NCBI GenBank assembly: GCA_045642225.1
Contig: JAZUIN010000024.1
Span: 28,984 to 92,983, forward strand
DNA: 64,000 nucleotides
Source of the DNA: Lachnospiraceae bacterium
GTDB taxonomy: Bacteria > Bacillota > Clostridia > Lachnospirales > Lachnospiraceae
Reading direction: 5' to 3'
Shown here: positions 10,681 through 21,622 of the stretch, piece by piece
Layout of the letters: each line of letters opens with the position of its first letter
How positions within the stretch are numbered: position 1 is the first letter of the stretch
The notes under the pieces: model-generated
Told to the model about the DNA's origin: nothing
Seen by the model: the letters and a program-made list of their open reading frames with translations, nothing else
Databases searched by the model: none
Program-made: the position numbers and the translations under genes

Positions 10681-11880
10681 CTACTTCAAAGCTTCTGGAT
10701 ATTCATTCTTGACAAATTCTCTAAATGCCGGCAAAGCTCTTTCGACCTTTTGAGTGTCTATACAATATGCAATTCTAAAGAAACCAGGACATCCAAATGC
10801 TTCCCCAGGAACAAGCACCAAATCATATTTTTTCGCCTTCTCACAGAATGCTTGCGAATCTTCTTCTAATGCTTTAGGGAACATATAAAATGTTCCATCT
10901 GGTTCTGTCATTTCAAATCCAAGTGCCTTTAATTCTTTACACAAAATCTCTTTGTTAACTTCATACACATGCAAATCAGAAGTATCTTCTAGATGCTCAG
11001 CAACTGCAAGCATAATAAGTGCAGACGGACAGTTATGTCCCAAGCCTCTTGAAATTTGCACACACATATTTACAATTTTTTCAGCATCCTTACATGCTGG
11101 ATTAATAGCCAAATATCCTATTCTCTCACCAGGAATCGACAACGATTTTGAGAACGAATAACACATAATTGTTTTCTCATAATATTGCATAATAGCTGGT
11201 GCTTCTTTTCCGCCAAAAACAATCTCTCTATATGGTTCATCCGATACAATAAAAATATCGTGTCCATACTTTTCTTCCATCTCTTTAACAACAGAGACCA
11301 ATTCTTTCAAAGTATTTTCAGAATACACAACTCCTGTTGGATTGTTAGGTGTATTAATTAATATAGCGGCTGTTTTCTCGTTAAATGTTTTTCTAAATTC
11401 TTCAAAATTTATTTGAAAGCTTTCTGTGTCCGCAGGAACAATCCTTAGCTTTGCTCCGCTATCTTCAACATATGGAATATACTCTCCAAAATATGGTGCA
11501 AATGTTATTACTTCTTCTCCCGGATTTGTGACAGCTCTAATTGCATGAGTCACCGCACCTGCACATCCACTAACCATAAAAACATTATTAATTGAAAATG
11601 GAATATTATATTTCTTAGCTAAATACTCTGCTACCTTAGTTCTTGCGGAAGGATTTCCTGGGCCAGGATTATAAGAATGCAATTTCATCGAATCCATTTC
11701 TTCTACAATTTTGACCAAAGTATTATTGAATTCTTCTGGCGCTGGCACAGAAGGATTTCCTAGACTAAAGTCAAATACATTATCGTATCCGATTTCTTCT
11801 CCCCTTTGCATAGCATAAGTAAATGCATCTCTTATCTTGGATGTTTCTCCTAACATTTTCTCATATCTTGTTGATATCAT
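10681..11880 (-). CDS. Class I/II PLP-dependent aminotransferase (AspC/AlaT-like)
   Basis: NPxNPTG motif (NTPNNPTG) and the PLP-lysine motif SFSKSLSIPGERIGY. Confidence 0.85.
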   Translation of the reverse strand: MISTRYEKMLGETSKIRDAFTYAMQRGEEIGYDNVFDFSLGNPSVPAPEEFNNTLVKIVEEMDSMKLHSYNPGPGNPSARTKVAEYLAKKYNIPFSINNVFMVSGCAGAVTHAIRAVTNPGEEVITFAPYFGEYIPYVEDSGAKLRIVPADTESFQINFEEFRKTFNEKTAAILINTPNNPTGVVYSENTLKELVSVVKEMEEKYGHDIFIVSDEPYREIVFGGKEAPAIMQYYEKTIMCYSFSKSLSIPGERIGYLAINPACKDAEKIVNMCVQISRGLGHNCPSALIMLAVAEHLEDTSDLHVYEVNKEILCKELKALGFEMTEPDGTFYMFPKALEEDSQAFCEKAKKYDLVLVPGEAFGCPGFFRIAYCIDTQKVERALPAFREFVKNEYPEALK

Positions 11881-11924
11881 ATGCCTTACCTCTCAAAATT
11901 TCTCACTGTAAGATATAATAACAC

Positions 11925-11950
11925 AAAAAGAGGCATTATAGCCTCTTTTT
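11925..11950 (-). terminator. Bidirectional-looking intrinsic terminator after the GPH transporter gene
   Basis: AAAAGAGGC-loop-GCCTCTTTT hairpin flanked by A and T runs. Confidence 0.75.
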
Positions 11951-11996
11951 ATGCGATATTTTCGTATTCTTTTTAATGCACATTATAATTCAAAAC

Positions 11997-13508
11997 TTAT
12001 TTTATGCTTTTCATTGCTTCTTCCATAGTCATACCATTATCAATAGCTTCTTTACGTTTTGCATTAACTTCTTGAATCTCTTTCATCTTGTCACCTGTAA
12101 GAATATACCCCTTCATAGCAATAAGAGTAAGTGCCCAAGATATCATAGGTATAATACAAAATAGCACAATTACTACTACATTCATTCCTGCACTATAAGG
12201 TGTATCTCCACCCGGCAATGTCTTTAGTCCAATAATAGCAACTGCTCCACCAACAACAGTAGATGCAAGTGATGAAACCAACTTATCTACTAACGAGAAC
12301 AATGTACCAATAATACCTGGAACATATTTACCCGAACGATAAGTCTCGTAATCTGAACAATCTGCAACCATAGGTATTGGCATATCTGCAGTAGCATAAT
12401 ATGCACCATATCCGATCCCAAAAAATACTATAAATAATATTGTATACAAATTAATAGTAATTGATCCATTTGCAAATAATGTCAAATTAAATGCTGGGTC
12501 TCCATACTTCCACATCAACAATACTACAAGAACGCCAACATACATGATAAGTGCAATAGCTACATATCTCATCAAGGATGCCTTCTGGCCCTTCTTCTGA
12601 GATGTACGAACTGTAAGTGCAAAAAATGGAGCCGAAAAGACATATCCAATAATCATCATTGGAAGATATAATCCATCATAATCTCCCATCATACAGCCAT
12701 ACAACATACAAAGAACTGTACCGTTAGTCGCAATAGCGAGTGCTAATTTACAACCAGCACCTGCAACCATAAGTCTCTTAAGTGGACCGTTCTCTTTTAT
12801 AATAATTAAGTACTCCTTGAGGGATACCTTCTGTGTGGTAGTGCTAATACCAAAATACTTAGGCTGATCCTTCTCCCATATACCTATAACTGCTAGTAAA
12901 GTTAATACTGCAGATATAACAATAGAAATCGGAATCACATAATCAAAGAATTCTGCTGTAGTATAATCACCCACATTAGCTCTAATAATTGGCGCTAAGA
13001 TTTGGATTGAGCCCATTCCAATCATTGATGCAACCAAATTAAACACTGTAAAAAGTGGTCTTTGATTAGGATCATTTGTTAGAACTGTCTGACCAGATCT
13101 TGTACAACTCGTTTGAAATGTATAGCCAATAACATATATCATATACGCCACGACAAACGCAACATAACGCGCTGGCATCATCGTATCAGGAATCAACCTT
13201 GTACAAAAGTACAACAAGATTGACGAAACAGCCATTATGCCATTTCCCAAAATCATATAAGGCCTAAACTTACCAAAACGTCCGTTAGTCTTATCTATCA
13301 GCGCTCCAATAATGGGATCTGTCACTGCGTCAAAAAGACGCATGACAGTAACCATTGTTGTTGCAAACATTAAAGCTAGAGCAAGTACTCCATTACCGTA
13401 ATAAGCAATGTAAGTAATCGTCAAAATATAATATACATTTGTCGCCCCATTATTAAACGGAAATAATATCAACTGATAGGGCTTTGCTCTATTTATACCA
13501 TTTTCCAT
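11997..13508 (-). CDS. Glycoside-pentoside-hexuronide (GPH):cation symporter family transporter
   Basis: About 12 TM helices. GPH signature DAVTDPIIGALIDKTNGRFGKFRPY. Confidence 0.85.
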   Translation of the reverse strand: MENGINRAKPYQLILFPFNNGATNVYYILTITYIAYYGNGVLALALMFATTMVTVMRLFDAVTDPIIGALIDKTNGRFGKFRPYMILGNGIMAVSSILLYFCTRLIPDTMMPARYVAFVVAYMIYVIGYTFQTSCTRSGQTVLTNDPNQRPLFTVFNLVASMIGMGSIQILAPIIRANVGDYTTAEFFDYVIPISIVISAVLTLLAVIGIWEKDQPKYFGISTTTQKVSLKEYLIIIKENGPLKRLMVAGAGCKLALAIATNGTVLCMLYGCMMGDYDGLYLPMMIIGYVFSAPFFALTVRTSQKKGQKASLMRYVAIALIMYVGVLVVLLMWKYGDPAFNLTLFANGSITINLYTILFIVFFGIGYGAYYATADMPIPMVADCSDYETYRSGKYVPGIIGTLFSLVDKLVSSLASTVVGGAVAIIGLKTLPGGDTPYSAGMNVVVIVLFCIIPMISWALTLIAMKGYILTGDKMKEIQEVNAKRKEAIDNGMTMEEAMKSIK

Positions 13509-13522
13509 AAATCCTCTCCTGT

Positions 13523-16468
13523 CTAGAAATTCTTAGGATTCTCCTTCTTGAACTTACGTGTTCTTAGAATTGACATTACTAAGCAAAGTATCCACAATGC
13601 CATGAAAATAATCATAAGCGTTGTAACTATCTTAAGTAACGATGGACTTGTCTTAGTTATAACAGTGTCTGCAGTAATTTTGTTCATTGCTTGAGAGTTT
13701 GCAATTGCATATAAATTATGGTGACATGCCTCTCTCATAGCCGTTACAATAACAGGATCATTCTTATATTTTGGCAATTGACTTGTTACGTACCAAAGCA
13801 TAGCATCAAAGCACGATACACCGCCTGCCATAAGTCCATCAACACCATTTACATATTGTGTCAAAACATTATCTGTAATAGTTAACCCCTTAGAGCCCCA
13901 TTCTTCACGCATTATGTTTGTCATCAAACCACGATTTGCACCTGACCAAGTTGTACCCCATCTTGTGTAAGCAACCATTGTACCACCGGCATTACCTTCT
14001 ACGAATGGTGCCTCAAAGGCTTTCAAATACAACTCTCTTGCAGCCTGCTCTGTCAACCATACACCAAGACCTATTCTGTCTTGCTCACTATCGTTAAGTG
14101 CAAAATGTTTCATTGCAACGTGAACGCCCTTCTTCTCTATTTCTGCAACCTCTGGTGTACATATAGCTCCTGAAAGGAATCCATCTTCTGAATAATACTC
14201 AAAGTTTCTTCCACCATATGGTGTTCTATGAATGTTATTACCCGGTCCATAAAGAATTGTTATTCCTGCTGATAAGCAGTTATTTCCAATAACTTTACCA
14301 ACCTTAGCCATTAATTCTGTGTTAAATGTTGCTGCCATAACATCTTCTGATGTAAATGCTGTTGCTTTCATTTGAGATGAATCTGCTCCAAATAAGGATG
14401 CTGTTAGACCTTGTGGTCCATTCTCATCTCTTGTCTGTGGTGCTTGCACAGATTCTACTGGCATTGTCCAGTGGAATGCATCACCAATAAATGCAACCAT
14501 TTCATCAAATGTTAATTGGTCAAGTAACTTCTCCCACTTAGGATCGTCATATGGCAATCCAATCATTTCCGCTAGCTTAATTCCATTCTTTGCACCTAAT
14601 GTAGGCATTGTTACTTTGGAATTTTCGTCTGTTTTATATTTTACTAGCTGTAAATCTTCAATCATCTTATCTGTTAACTCTAATTGAACAGTTTTTGGCC
14701 ATGTACCATTCCAATCACTTCGTGACAAATAAGTAACCTTTTGACCACCTGCTCCTGAATACGTATTTATATCAGACTCTGAAAGTTGATTTGTTATTGG
14801 TGTACCATTCTTAGACTTAGAATATGTTGTTGTATCTAAGTTAGCTTCTTTGAAATTGTATACTAATGACTTATTACCATCAGCATCCATTCTATTATTT
14901 GTGCTTGATACTGTATAGCCCTTAGCCGCTAAAACATTATTTACAGCATCATGACTTGATTTGGCTGCTGTCAAATAATAATCTCCAGCATCTAAAATAT
15001 AAGTCTTAGCTCCGTTAGAATCATATGACGCCAAATCTTTTTTGTTAACATTTACCGTAATAGTTTCTGATTGTCCAGCTTCGATTATATTAGTCTTACC
15101 AAAACCAACCAAATTCACTGAAGCTTTCTCAATTCCATTTGCCTTGTCATAATCTGTATAAGGAGTACTTGAATAAATCTGCACTGTTTCCTTACCCGCT
15201 TTATTTCCAGTATTAGTTACTTTGAGTGTAACCTTATAAGAATCTGTTGCAGCATCATATACAGTATTCATATCAGAATATTTGAAATCTGTATAGCTTA
15301 ATCCATGACCAAATGCATATGCAACAATGTCATTATAATTGTATTCTCCAGCATTACCCTTTTGCATTACATAATCTTCATAACGAGTCTCATAATATTT
15401 GTATCCTACGTAAATGCCCTCTTGATACAACATATATGTTTTTGCCGTATCTGGAATCTTAGTTATATCTCCGCTATAAGTAACTGGTGTAAAGTTAGCC
15501 ATAGCTGGTGAAGAGTAGTTGTCATAGCAATATGTATCTACCAATCTACCAGATGGATTTACTTTACCCGCAAGAATTTCTCCTATAGCATCAACACCAC
15601 TAATACCAACATCGCCAATCCAAAGCGCAGCATCAACACCATATTCATTATTCTTCAAGAAATCTACTTGTAGTGGATTTGCCGAGTTAATCAAGATAAC
15701 AACCTTCTTAATCTCGCCATTTGCTTTCATATTAGCAATGTTTTTCATCATCTCTTTTTCATCATCATTTAATGACAAATAATTGCTTGTATTATATGTA
15801 CAGTCAGCTCCTTCTCCACCAACACGTGAGAATACAACAACTGCTGCATCAGAATAATCCTTTACAGAATCCAAAGCATCTTTCGTGTATACATTCCATG
15901 GACATTCCGAAATTACGGCTGCATCCAAGCTTACTGTTCCACCAACTTTTCTTGCATATTTTTGTGCTTCCTTAGAATTATAGAAATCCCACATCGTTGG
16001 ATTAACTGTAATTCCTGCTGCTTCTAACGACTGCTTCAAGTTCTTAGCTGAGCTTGCATCAACATTTCCCGAACCTGTTCCACCATAAACTAAATTAGTA
16101 CTAGAATTAGAGAATAGTGTGACTTTAGCTCCTTCTAGTGGAAGTGCATTGTTATCGTTCTTAAGCAAAGCTGCACCTTCTGCTTCGACTTGCTTACATA
16201 CGTCCAATCCGTCTTGAACCATATCCTCTACAGAATTATAATCAGACGCATATCTGATAGCATTTTCATCCTCTCCCTTAATATTGTTAAATGTGCCACT
16301 TGAAAATGCTGCAATAGTATTATCAAACAATGTCAAAAATACAACCGCAACAACTAACACCCATGCTATAATTCCAAAGACTATAGTCAACGGGCCAAAT
16401 GGTCTTTTAGCTTTTCTTTTGGCTTTTCTATAAGCCTTTTTCTTTTGTTTTAGCTCCTTATTATCCAT
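13523..16468 (-). CDS. Glycoside hydrolase family 3 (beta-glucosidase/xylosidase-like), domain-permuted, with N- and C-terminal TM anchors
   Basis: The GH3 alpha/beta-sandwich and Fn3-like parts come first (ALLKNDNNALPL...). The TIM-barrel part is C-terminal (RTPYGGRNFEYYSEDG, KHFALND, GLTITD). There are hydrophobic segments at both ends. Confidence 0.85.
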   Translation of the reverse strand: MDNKELKQKKKAYRKAKRKAKRPFGPLTIVFGIIAWVLVVAVVFLTLFDNTIAAFSSGTFNNIKGEDENAIRYASDYNSVEDMVQDGLDVCKQVEAEGAALLKNDNNALPLEGAKVTLFSNSSTNLVYGGTGSGNVDASSAKNLKQSLEAAGITVNPTMWDFYNSKEAQKYARKVGGTVSLDAAVISECPWNVYTKDALDSVKDYSDAAVVVFSRVGGEGADCTYNTSNYLSLNDDEKEMMKNIANMKANGEIKKVVILINSANPLQVDFLKNNEYGVDAALWIGDVGISGVDAIGEILAGKVNPSGRLVDTYCYDNYSSPAMANFTPVTYSGDITKIPDTAKTYMLYQEGIYVGYKYYETRYEDYVMQKGNAGEYNYNDIVAYAFGHGLSYTDFKYSDMNTVYDAATDSYKVTLKVTNTGNKAGKETVQIYSSTPYTDYDKANGIEKASVNLVGFGKTNIIEAGQSETITVNVNKKDLASYDSNGAKTYILDAGDYYLTAAKSSHDAVNNVLAAKGYTVSSTNNRMDADGNKSLVYNFKEANLDTTTYSKSKNGTPITNQLSESDINTYSGAGGQKVTYLSRSDWNGTWPKTVQLELTDKMIEDLQLVKYKTDENSKVTMPTLGAKNGIKLAEMIGLPYDDPKWEKLLDQLTFDEMVAFIGDAFHWTMPVESVQAPQTRDENGPQGLTASLFGADSSQMKATAFTSEDVMAATFNTELMAKVGKVIGNNCLSAGITILYGPGNNIHRTPYGGRNFEYYSEDGFLSGAICTPEVAEIEKKGVHVAMKHFALNDSEQDRIGLGVWLTEQAARELYLKAFEAPFVEGNAGGTMVAYTRWGTTWSGANRGLMTNIMREEWGSKGLTITDNVLTQYVNGVDGLMAGGVSCFDAMLWYVTSQLPKYKNDPVIVTAMREACHHNLYAIANSQAMNKITADTVITKTSPSLLKIVTTLMIIFMALWILCLVMSILRTRKFKKENPKNF

Positions 16469-16483
16469 CGATACCTCCTTTTC

Positions 16484-18493
16484 TTATACCCAATTCATTG
16501 CGTTTCCCTTAGGTGTTTTATATTTATCCAAAAGCTTATCCGTCTTGACAATAACGGTTTCATCCACAAACTCGTTACCATCTTTATCTCGTGCAATTAC
16601 CTTTATCTTATTCTCTGGTTTAGAATCAAGTGCAAACGTGAAAGTACGCTCACCACACTGCGTCTCAAGCTCTTCACCATTCTGATAAATAGTAACCACA
16701 GGAAGATTTGAATAAACCTTTATCTTTAACTTTTTACCAGGTCTTGCTTCAAACTTCTTTCCACATATATGAACAAATTTCTCTTCGGACCAGGCTGCCT
16801 TGTATGCATAGAAGCTATCCTTTTTCACCTTCCTGTCAAAAGTAACTAACCCCTTGTGATTCATTCCTGGCTCGCCACCTTGATCTCTAGCATCTGCTGC
16901 AAAGTCGAACATATTCCATACATAACTTCCCCAGATAAATTTATGCCTCTCAAAACACTTAATCATATATTCATGATAAATAGCTTGATAGTCTTCCGTC
17001 TGATCTCCTCTACGAGGTCTAATGGAATGAAGATTTGGCATTCCCTCAGCACCATATTCAGAATATCCTAACGGTTTCTTTGGATGGAAAATGCGATACC
17101 AATACATAAACAAATCGTTCATGAATAGCCCCGGAAAATACCAACCATAATAATTATTCCAAGCTATGATATCGCTTATATATGTTATTGGATGAAATGG
17201 CGTACACATCGAGAAGCATGCCATTGTAGTCAATCTTGTTGGATCTAACTTCTTAATAAGCTTCTGCAATTTCTTATGATTCTTGATACAATCACCAAAA
17301 GAATTCTTCCAAGAAATTGTTATCTCATTTGAAATCCCCCACATAACTATTGACGGGTGGTTATAGTTTTGAACTACTAACTCTTTCATTTGAAAATGTG
17401 TATTATCATTTCCACTCTTCATATGCATTGAAATGTAAGGAATCTCTGCCCAAACAATCATTCCATATTTGTCACACAAATCATAAAAATATTGATTATG
17501 CTGATAATGCGCAAGCCTTATAGAATTTGTTCCCATTTCACGAATCAAATCCATATCTTCTTCCATCATTTCATAAGTGATGGCATTACCTATTCCTTTA
17601 CGGTCCTGATGTCTAGATACCCCTTTAAGCGGAAAGCTTCTTCCATTCAAGAAGAAACCTCTGCTTGGGTCTACACTAAAGAATCTAAAGCCAGTATACT
17701 CGACAACTTCATCAACAACCTCTTCTCCTTTGACTAAGGTGGTTACGAACTTATACCTATACGGATTATCTATGCCATCCCAAAGAATTGCATCCTTTAT
17801 ATCAAATGTTAATTTTGCTTTTGCATTTGAATTAACACCTTTATCTGCTTCATAAACTAACTTTTCATCTTCGTCAAATACTTTAAGCTTTACCGAAAAT
17901 TTTTCTTCCGACGATATAGTAAAATATGTCTTAACTTCAACATTTACATTTGCTCTTCTTAGAACTCCTAAAGCATTATCACTAGACTCCTTTTCTTGCA
18001 ATGTATCTTCAAAAACCTTTGATGTGATTTGAACTCCTTTGCTCCCATAGAAATCCAAATCAAATCTATCCTTCGGAACAATTAAGATTTTGACATCCCT
18101 ATATATTCCTCCATAAAATGTAAAATCTGCTCGCTGTGGATAAACCTTATCATTAACACTATTATCTACTTTAACAACAAGCTCATTTTCCTCGTCAAGA
18201 TACGGCGTTACATTTACACGAAATGTGCTATAACCATTATGATGCTCGCACAATTCTTTACCATTAAACACAACAAAAGCACTCGCATTTACACCAAGAA
18301 ATTCTAGGTACACCTCTTGAGTACTTTCATCATACTCAATAGCACCTAGTTTCTTCTTGTAAATACAAGTGCCTCTGTAATAATCATTCCCTCCATCTTG
18401 GCCATCAATATTGTTCCAAGTATGCGGCAAATCAACACAAGACAGTTCATCCTCTTTAACAAACTGCCATCCATCCATTATTAATTTCTCCAT
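16484..18493 (-). CDS. Glycoside hydrolase family 2 (beta-galactosidase/beta-glucuronidase-like)
   Basis: N-terminal sugar-binding region (DLPHTWN), the acid/base region WGISNE, and the nucleophile region SEYGAEG. Confidence 0.85.
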   Translation of the reverse strand: MEKLIMDGWQFVKEDELSCVDLPHTWNNIDGQDGGNDYYRGTCIYKKKLGAIEYDESTQEVYLEFLGVNASAFVVFNGKELCEHHNGYSTFRVNVTPYLDEENELVVKVDNSVNDKVYPQRADFTFYGGIYRDVKILIVPKDRFDLDFYGSKGVQITSKVFEDTLQEKESSDNALGVLRRANVNVEVKTYFTISSEEKFSVKLKVFDEDEKLVYEADKGVNSNAKAKLTFDIKDAILWDGIDNPYRYKFVTTLVKGEEVVDEVVEYTGFRFFSVDPSRGFFLNGRSFPLKGVSRHQDRKGIGNAITYEMMEEDMDLIREMGTNSIRLAHYQHNQYFYDLCDKYGMIVWAEIPYISMHMKSGNDNTHFQMKELVVQNYNHPSIVMWGISNEITISWKNSFGDCIKNHKKLQKLIKKLDPTRLTTMACFSMCTPFHPITYISDIIAWNNYYGWYFPGLFMNDLFMYWYRIFHPKKPLGYSEYGAEGMPNLHSIRPRRGDQTEDYQAIYHEYMIKCFERHKFIWGSYVWNMFDFAADARDQGGEPGMNHKGLVTFDRKVKKDSFYAYKAAWSEEKFVHICGKKFEARPGKKLKIKVYSNLPVVTIYQNGEELETQCGERTFTFALDSKPENKIKVIARDKDGNEFVDETVIVKTDKLLDKYKTPKGNAMNWV

Positions 18494-18583
18494 ATATTAT
18501 ACCCCATAGTAAAAATAGTTCCCTAGAAAAGTATAACATATAAGTGTTTTTGTGGTAAAGAATTTTTTTAGTTTCCAAACTCT

Positions 18584-19030
18584 TTATTCTTTATCCTCCT
18601 CAAGAATTGATGTACAGCATGGACATCTAGTTGCTTCAATATCAATTATACTCTTGCAATAAGGACATGTTTTTTCTGTATCAGGTTCAACTTCTTCCTT
18701 CTTCAAAGTCTTTAACCTATCTCCAACTCTATTTAGCGCTCTAATTATTAAGAAAATAATCAACGCTGTTATCAAGAAATTTAGAACTGCTGTAATGAAA
18801 TTACCATAGCTTAAGACTGGTGCATTTTCACCACTTCCCAACTTAACTACTAAATAAGAGAAATCTGTTCCACCAAACAAACCTATTATTGGTGTTAAAA
18901 TGTCCTTATTAAGCGATGTGACAATTGCCGTAAATGCGCCACCTACGATAACACCGACAGCCATGTCCATTACATTTCCTCTCATTATGAATTTCTTAAA
19001 CTCACTAAAAAAACCGTTTTTCTTACTCAT
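18584..19030 (-). CDS. mscL: Large-conductance mechanosensitive channel MscL with a C-terminal CxxC...CxCC zinc-ribbon-like extension
   Basis: N-terminal [23 protein letters not shown] is the MscL signature. The C-terminus reads [18 protein letters not shown]. Confidence 0.9.
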   Translation of the reverse strand: MSKKNGFFSEFKKFIMRGNVMDMAVGVIVGGAFTAIVTSLNKDILTPIIGLFGGTDFSYLVVKLGSGENAPVLSYGNFITAVLNFLITALIIFLIIRALNRVGDRLKTLKKEEVEPDTEKTCPYCKSIIDIEATRCPCCTSILEEDKE

Positions 19031-19103
19031 CTTTCTCTTCTATAATTCAACTTTTGTAAAAATTGAATTCCCCTTCCTTTAATGTTTTTCCTAAACAATT
19101 ATA

Positions 19104-20294
19104 TCAAATTTTGTGGATTATCTCATCTAAAATTCTTTGCGCTACAGCTTCCTTTGACATTTTCTGAAGCTGAATCTCGTCTTGCTTTGTTATTATTGTA
19201 ACAACATTTGTATCGACACCAAAGCCTGCTCCTTCTACCTTCAAATTATTAGCAACAATCATATCTATATTTTTCTTCGCAAGCTTCTTTCTAGAATTTT
19301 CCAGCATATTTTCTGTTTCCATAGAAAATCCACAAATGAACTGTCCCTCTTTACGATTGTTACCAAGCTCAGCTAAAATGTCTTTTGTTCTAACCAAAGG
19401 AATCGTCATATCATCATCTGACTTTTTCATCTTCTCGTCACTTACTTCTGCAGGAGTATAATCAGCAACTGCTGCCGATTTAATAATAATGTCATTTTCA
19501 GCCTGTCGCTTTGTTACTTCCTGATACATTTCCTCGGCACTTTCTACCGAAACCAGATTCACAAATGCAGGTGATTCTATTGATACTGCTCCGCTCACCA
19601 AAGTAACCTCGGCTCCACGAAGTGCAGCTATTTTTGCAATTGCATATCCCATTTTCCCAGTAGAATGGTTTGTAATAAATCTTACGGGGTCTATTGCTTC
19701 TCTTGTTGGCCCTGCTGTAACAAGGATCTTTTTCCCTAGCAAATCCTTCTCAAAAGCAACTTCCTTCAAAATATAATTCAACAAAACTTCCGGCTCAGGC
19801 ATTTTACCCGCACCAGTATCTCCACACGCTAAGTATCCGCTTGCTGGTGTAATTACTTCCATTCCATAATGCTTAAGCTTTGCTATATTATCTTGCAAAA
19901 TTAGATTCTCATACATATTAGTATTCATTGCAGGTGCAACTATTTTCTTACACTTACATGCCATAATAGTAGTTGTAAGCATGTCATCTGCGATTCCATT
20001 TGCTATTTTACCAATAACATTTGCAGTTGCAGGCGCAACGAGAACAACGTCAGCTTTCTTCGCAATAGATACATGCTCCACTTGAAAATCAAAATCTCTG
20101 TCGAAGGTCTCTACAAGACATTTATTTCCAGTTAACGACTCAAATGTAATTGGTGTTATAAACTGTGTCGCATTCTTTGTCATTATAACTTCCACATTAG
20201 CATGCAGCTTTTTTAACATGCTAGCTAACGATGCTATCTTGTATGCTGCAATGCTTCCACTCACACCTAGCACAATGCACTTTCCTTGTAACAT
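19104..20294 (-). CDS. coaBC: Bifunctional phosphopantothenoylcysteine decarboxylase / phosphopantothenate-cysteine ligase
   Basis: An N-terminal flavoprotein domain (GVSGSIAAYK) and a C-terminal CoaB domain (GPTREAIDPVRFITNHSTGKMG). Confidence 0.9.
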   Translation of the reverse strand: MLQGKCIVLGVSGSIAAYKIASLASMLKKLHANVEVIMTKNATQFITPITFESLTGNKCLVETFDRDFDFQVEHVSIAKKADVVLVAPATANVIGKIANGIADDMLTTTIMACKCKKIVAPAMNTNMYENLILQDNIAKLKHYGMEVITPASGYLACGDTGAGKMPEPEVLLNYILKEVAFEKDLLGKKILVTAGPTREAIDPVRFITNHSTGKMGYAIAKIAALRGAEVTLVSGAVSIESPAFVNLVSVESAEEMYQEVTKRQAENDIIIKSAAVADYTPAEVSDEKMKKSDDDMTIPLVRTKDILAELGNNRKEGQFICGFSMETENMLENSRKKLAKKNIDMIVANNLKVEGAGFGVDTNVVTIITKQDEIQLQKMSKEAVAQRILDEIIHKI

Positions 20295-20322
20295 ATTTTT
20301 CCCTCTTTTATCAAATCAAAAA

Positions 20323-20721
20323 CTACTTAGTAAAATCTTCTGTTAACAAGCCATGTTTTTCATAACGTGATGTACTAACAACCTTGTTATCGTCATCAAC
20401 AAATACTACGTATGGTTTGTGCTCTCTTGCTTCCTCTTCGCTCATCTGTGCGTAACTCATAATAATGACATGATCTCCTAATGCAACCTGTCTTGCCGCT
20501 GCACCATTCAAACAAATCATTCCACTTCCAGCTTCACCTGCGATAGTATAAGTTTCAAAACGATTACCATTCTCAACATCAACCACTTGTACATACTCAT
20601 ATTCAAGAATCCCTGCAGCGTCAAGCAACTCGCTATCCACCGTAATACTTCCTACATAATTTAATTCTGCTTGTGTAACAATTGCACGATGAATTTTTCC
20701 TTTTAACATTGTAATGTTCAT
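20323..20721 (-). CDS. panD: Aspartate 1-decarboxylase (pyruvoyl-dependent)
   Basis: [25 protein letters not shown] contains the G-S self-cleavage site. The start was chosen at the ATG at 20721 (MNITML), 6 nt after a GGAGG. The ORF track extends to 20748. Confidence 0.9.
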   Translation of the reverse strand: MNITMLKGKIHRAIVTQAELNYVGSITVDSELLDAAGILEYEYVQVVDVENGNRFETYTIAGEAGSGMICLNGAAARQVALGDHVIIMSYAQMSEEEAREHKPYVVFVDDDNKVVSTSRYEKHGLLTEDFTK

Positions 20722-20722
20722 C

Positions 20723-21568
20723 TTATGCCTCCACGATAAAATTATCAATCAATCTAGTTGTTCCGATGTAAACAGCGATGGCTACAAGTGTTGTTCCCTC
20801 AATTTTTTGAATTGGCTTAATATAATCAAAATCAACAACATCTACATAGTCAACTTTCGCCAACGGTTCTGTTTCGATGTTATCATAAATTGCTTTCTTT
20901 ATAGCTTCTGCATCTTTTTCACCTTGCTCAATTAGTTCTTTTCCAACCTTTAAGCTTTGGCTCAAAATCAATGCAGCTTTGCGCTCTTCTTCATTCAAAT
21001 AAGTGTTACGAGAACTCTTAGCAAGTCCATCTTCTTCACGAATGATTGGGCATCCTTTTATCTTTACACCTACATTTAAGTCTGTTACCATTCGCTTAAT
21101 AACAGCAAGCTGTTGCGCATCCTTTTGACCGAAATATGCATTATCTGGTGTAACAATATTGAATAATTTCAACACAACCGTTTGTACACCTCTGAAATGT
21201 GTAGGACGAGTTTTACCACATAACTCTGTTGTCAAGCCATTCATATCAACGTAGGAACAAAAGCCTTCTTTGTACATTTCTTCTGGCTCTGGATGAAAAA
21301 TCAAATCTACTCCTACACCTTCGCAAAGAGCAGCATCCTTCTCTAAATCTCTTGGATAACTTTCTAAATCCTCTGATGGTCCAAACTGCATCGGATTAAC
21401 GAAAATGCTAACAACAACCTTGTCATTTTCTCTTCTAGCCGCTTCCATCAAACTACGATGTCCCTCATGCAAATATCCCATTGTTGGCACAAATCCAACC
21501 GTCAAGCCTTCCCTTTTCCATGCCAAAACTTCCTCTCGTACTTCTTCAACTGTATTACATATTTTCAT
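20723..21568 (-). CDS. panC: Pantoate-beta-alanine ligase
   Basis: [14 protein letters not shown] and FVNPxQF motifs. ATG at 21568 after AGAGGTG. The track start at 21577 is a GTG. Confidence 0.9.
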   Translation of the reverse strand: MKICNTVEEVREEVLAWKREGLTVGFVPTMGYLHEGHRSLMEAARRENDKVVVSIFVNPMQFGPSEDLESYPRDLEKDAALCEGVGVDLIFHPEPEEMYKEGFCSYVDMNGLTTELCGKTRPTHFRGVQTVVLKLFNIVTPDNAYFGQKDAQQLAVIKRMVTDLNVGVKIKGCPIIREEDGLAKSSRNTYLNEEERKAALILSQSLKVGKELIEQGEKDAEAIKKAIYDNIETEPLAKVDYVDVVDFDYIKPIQKIEGTTLVAIAVYIGTTRLIDNFIVEA

Positions 21569-21622
21569 CACAATCACCTCTTAAATATAAGTATGGACTA
21601 ACTTATGTTAGTACTATTTATC

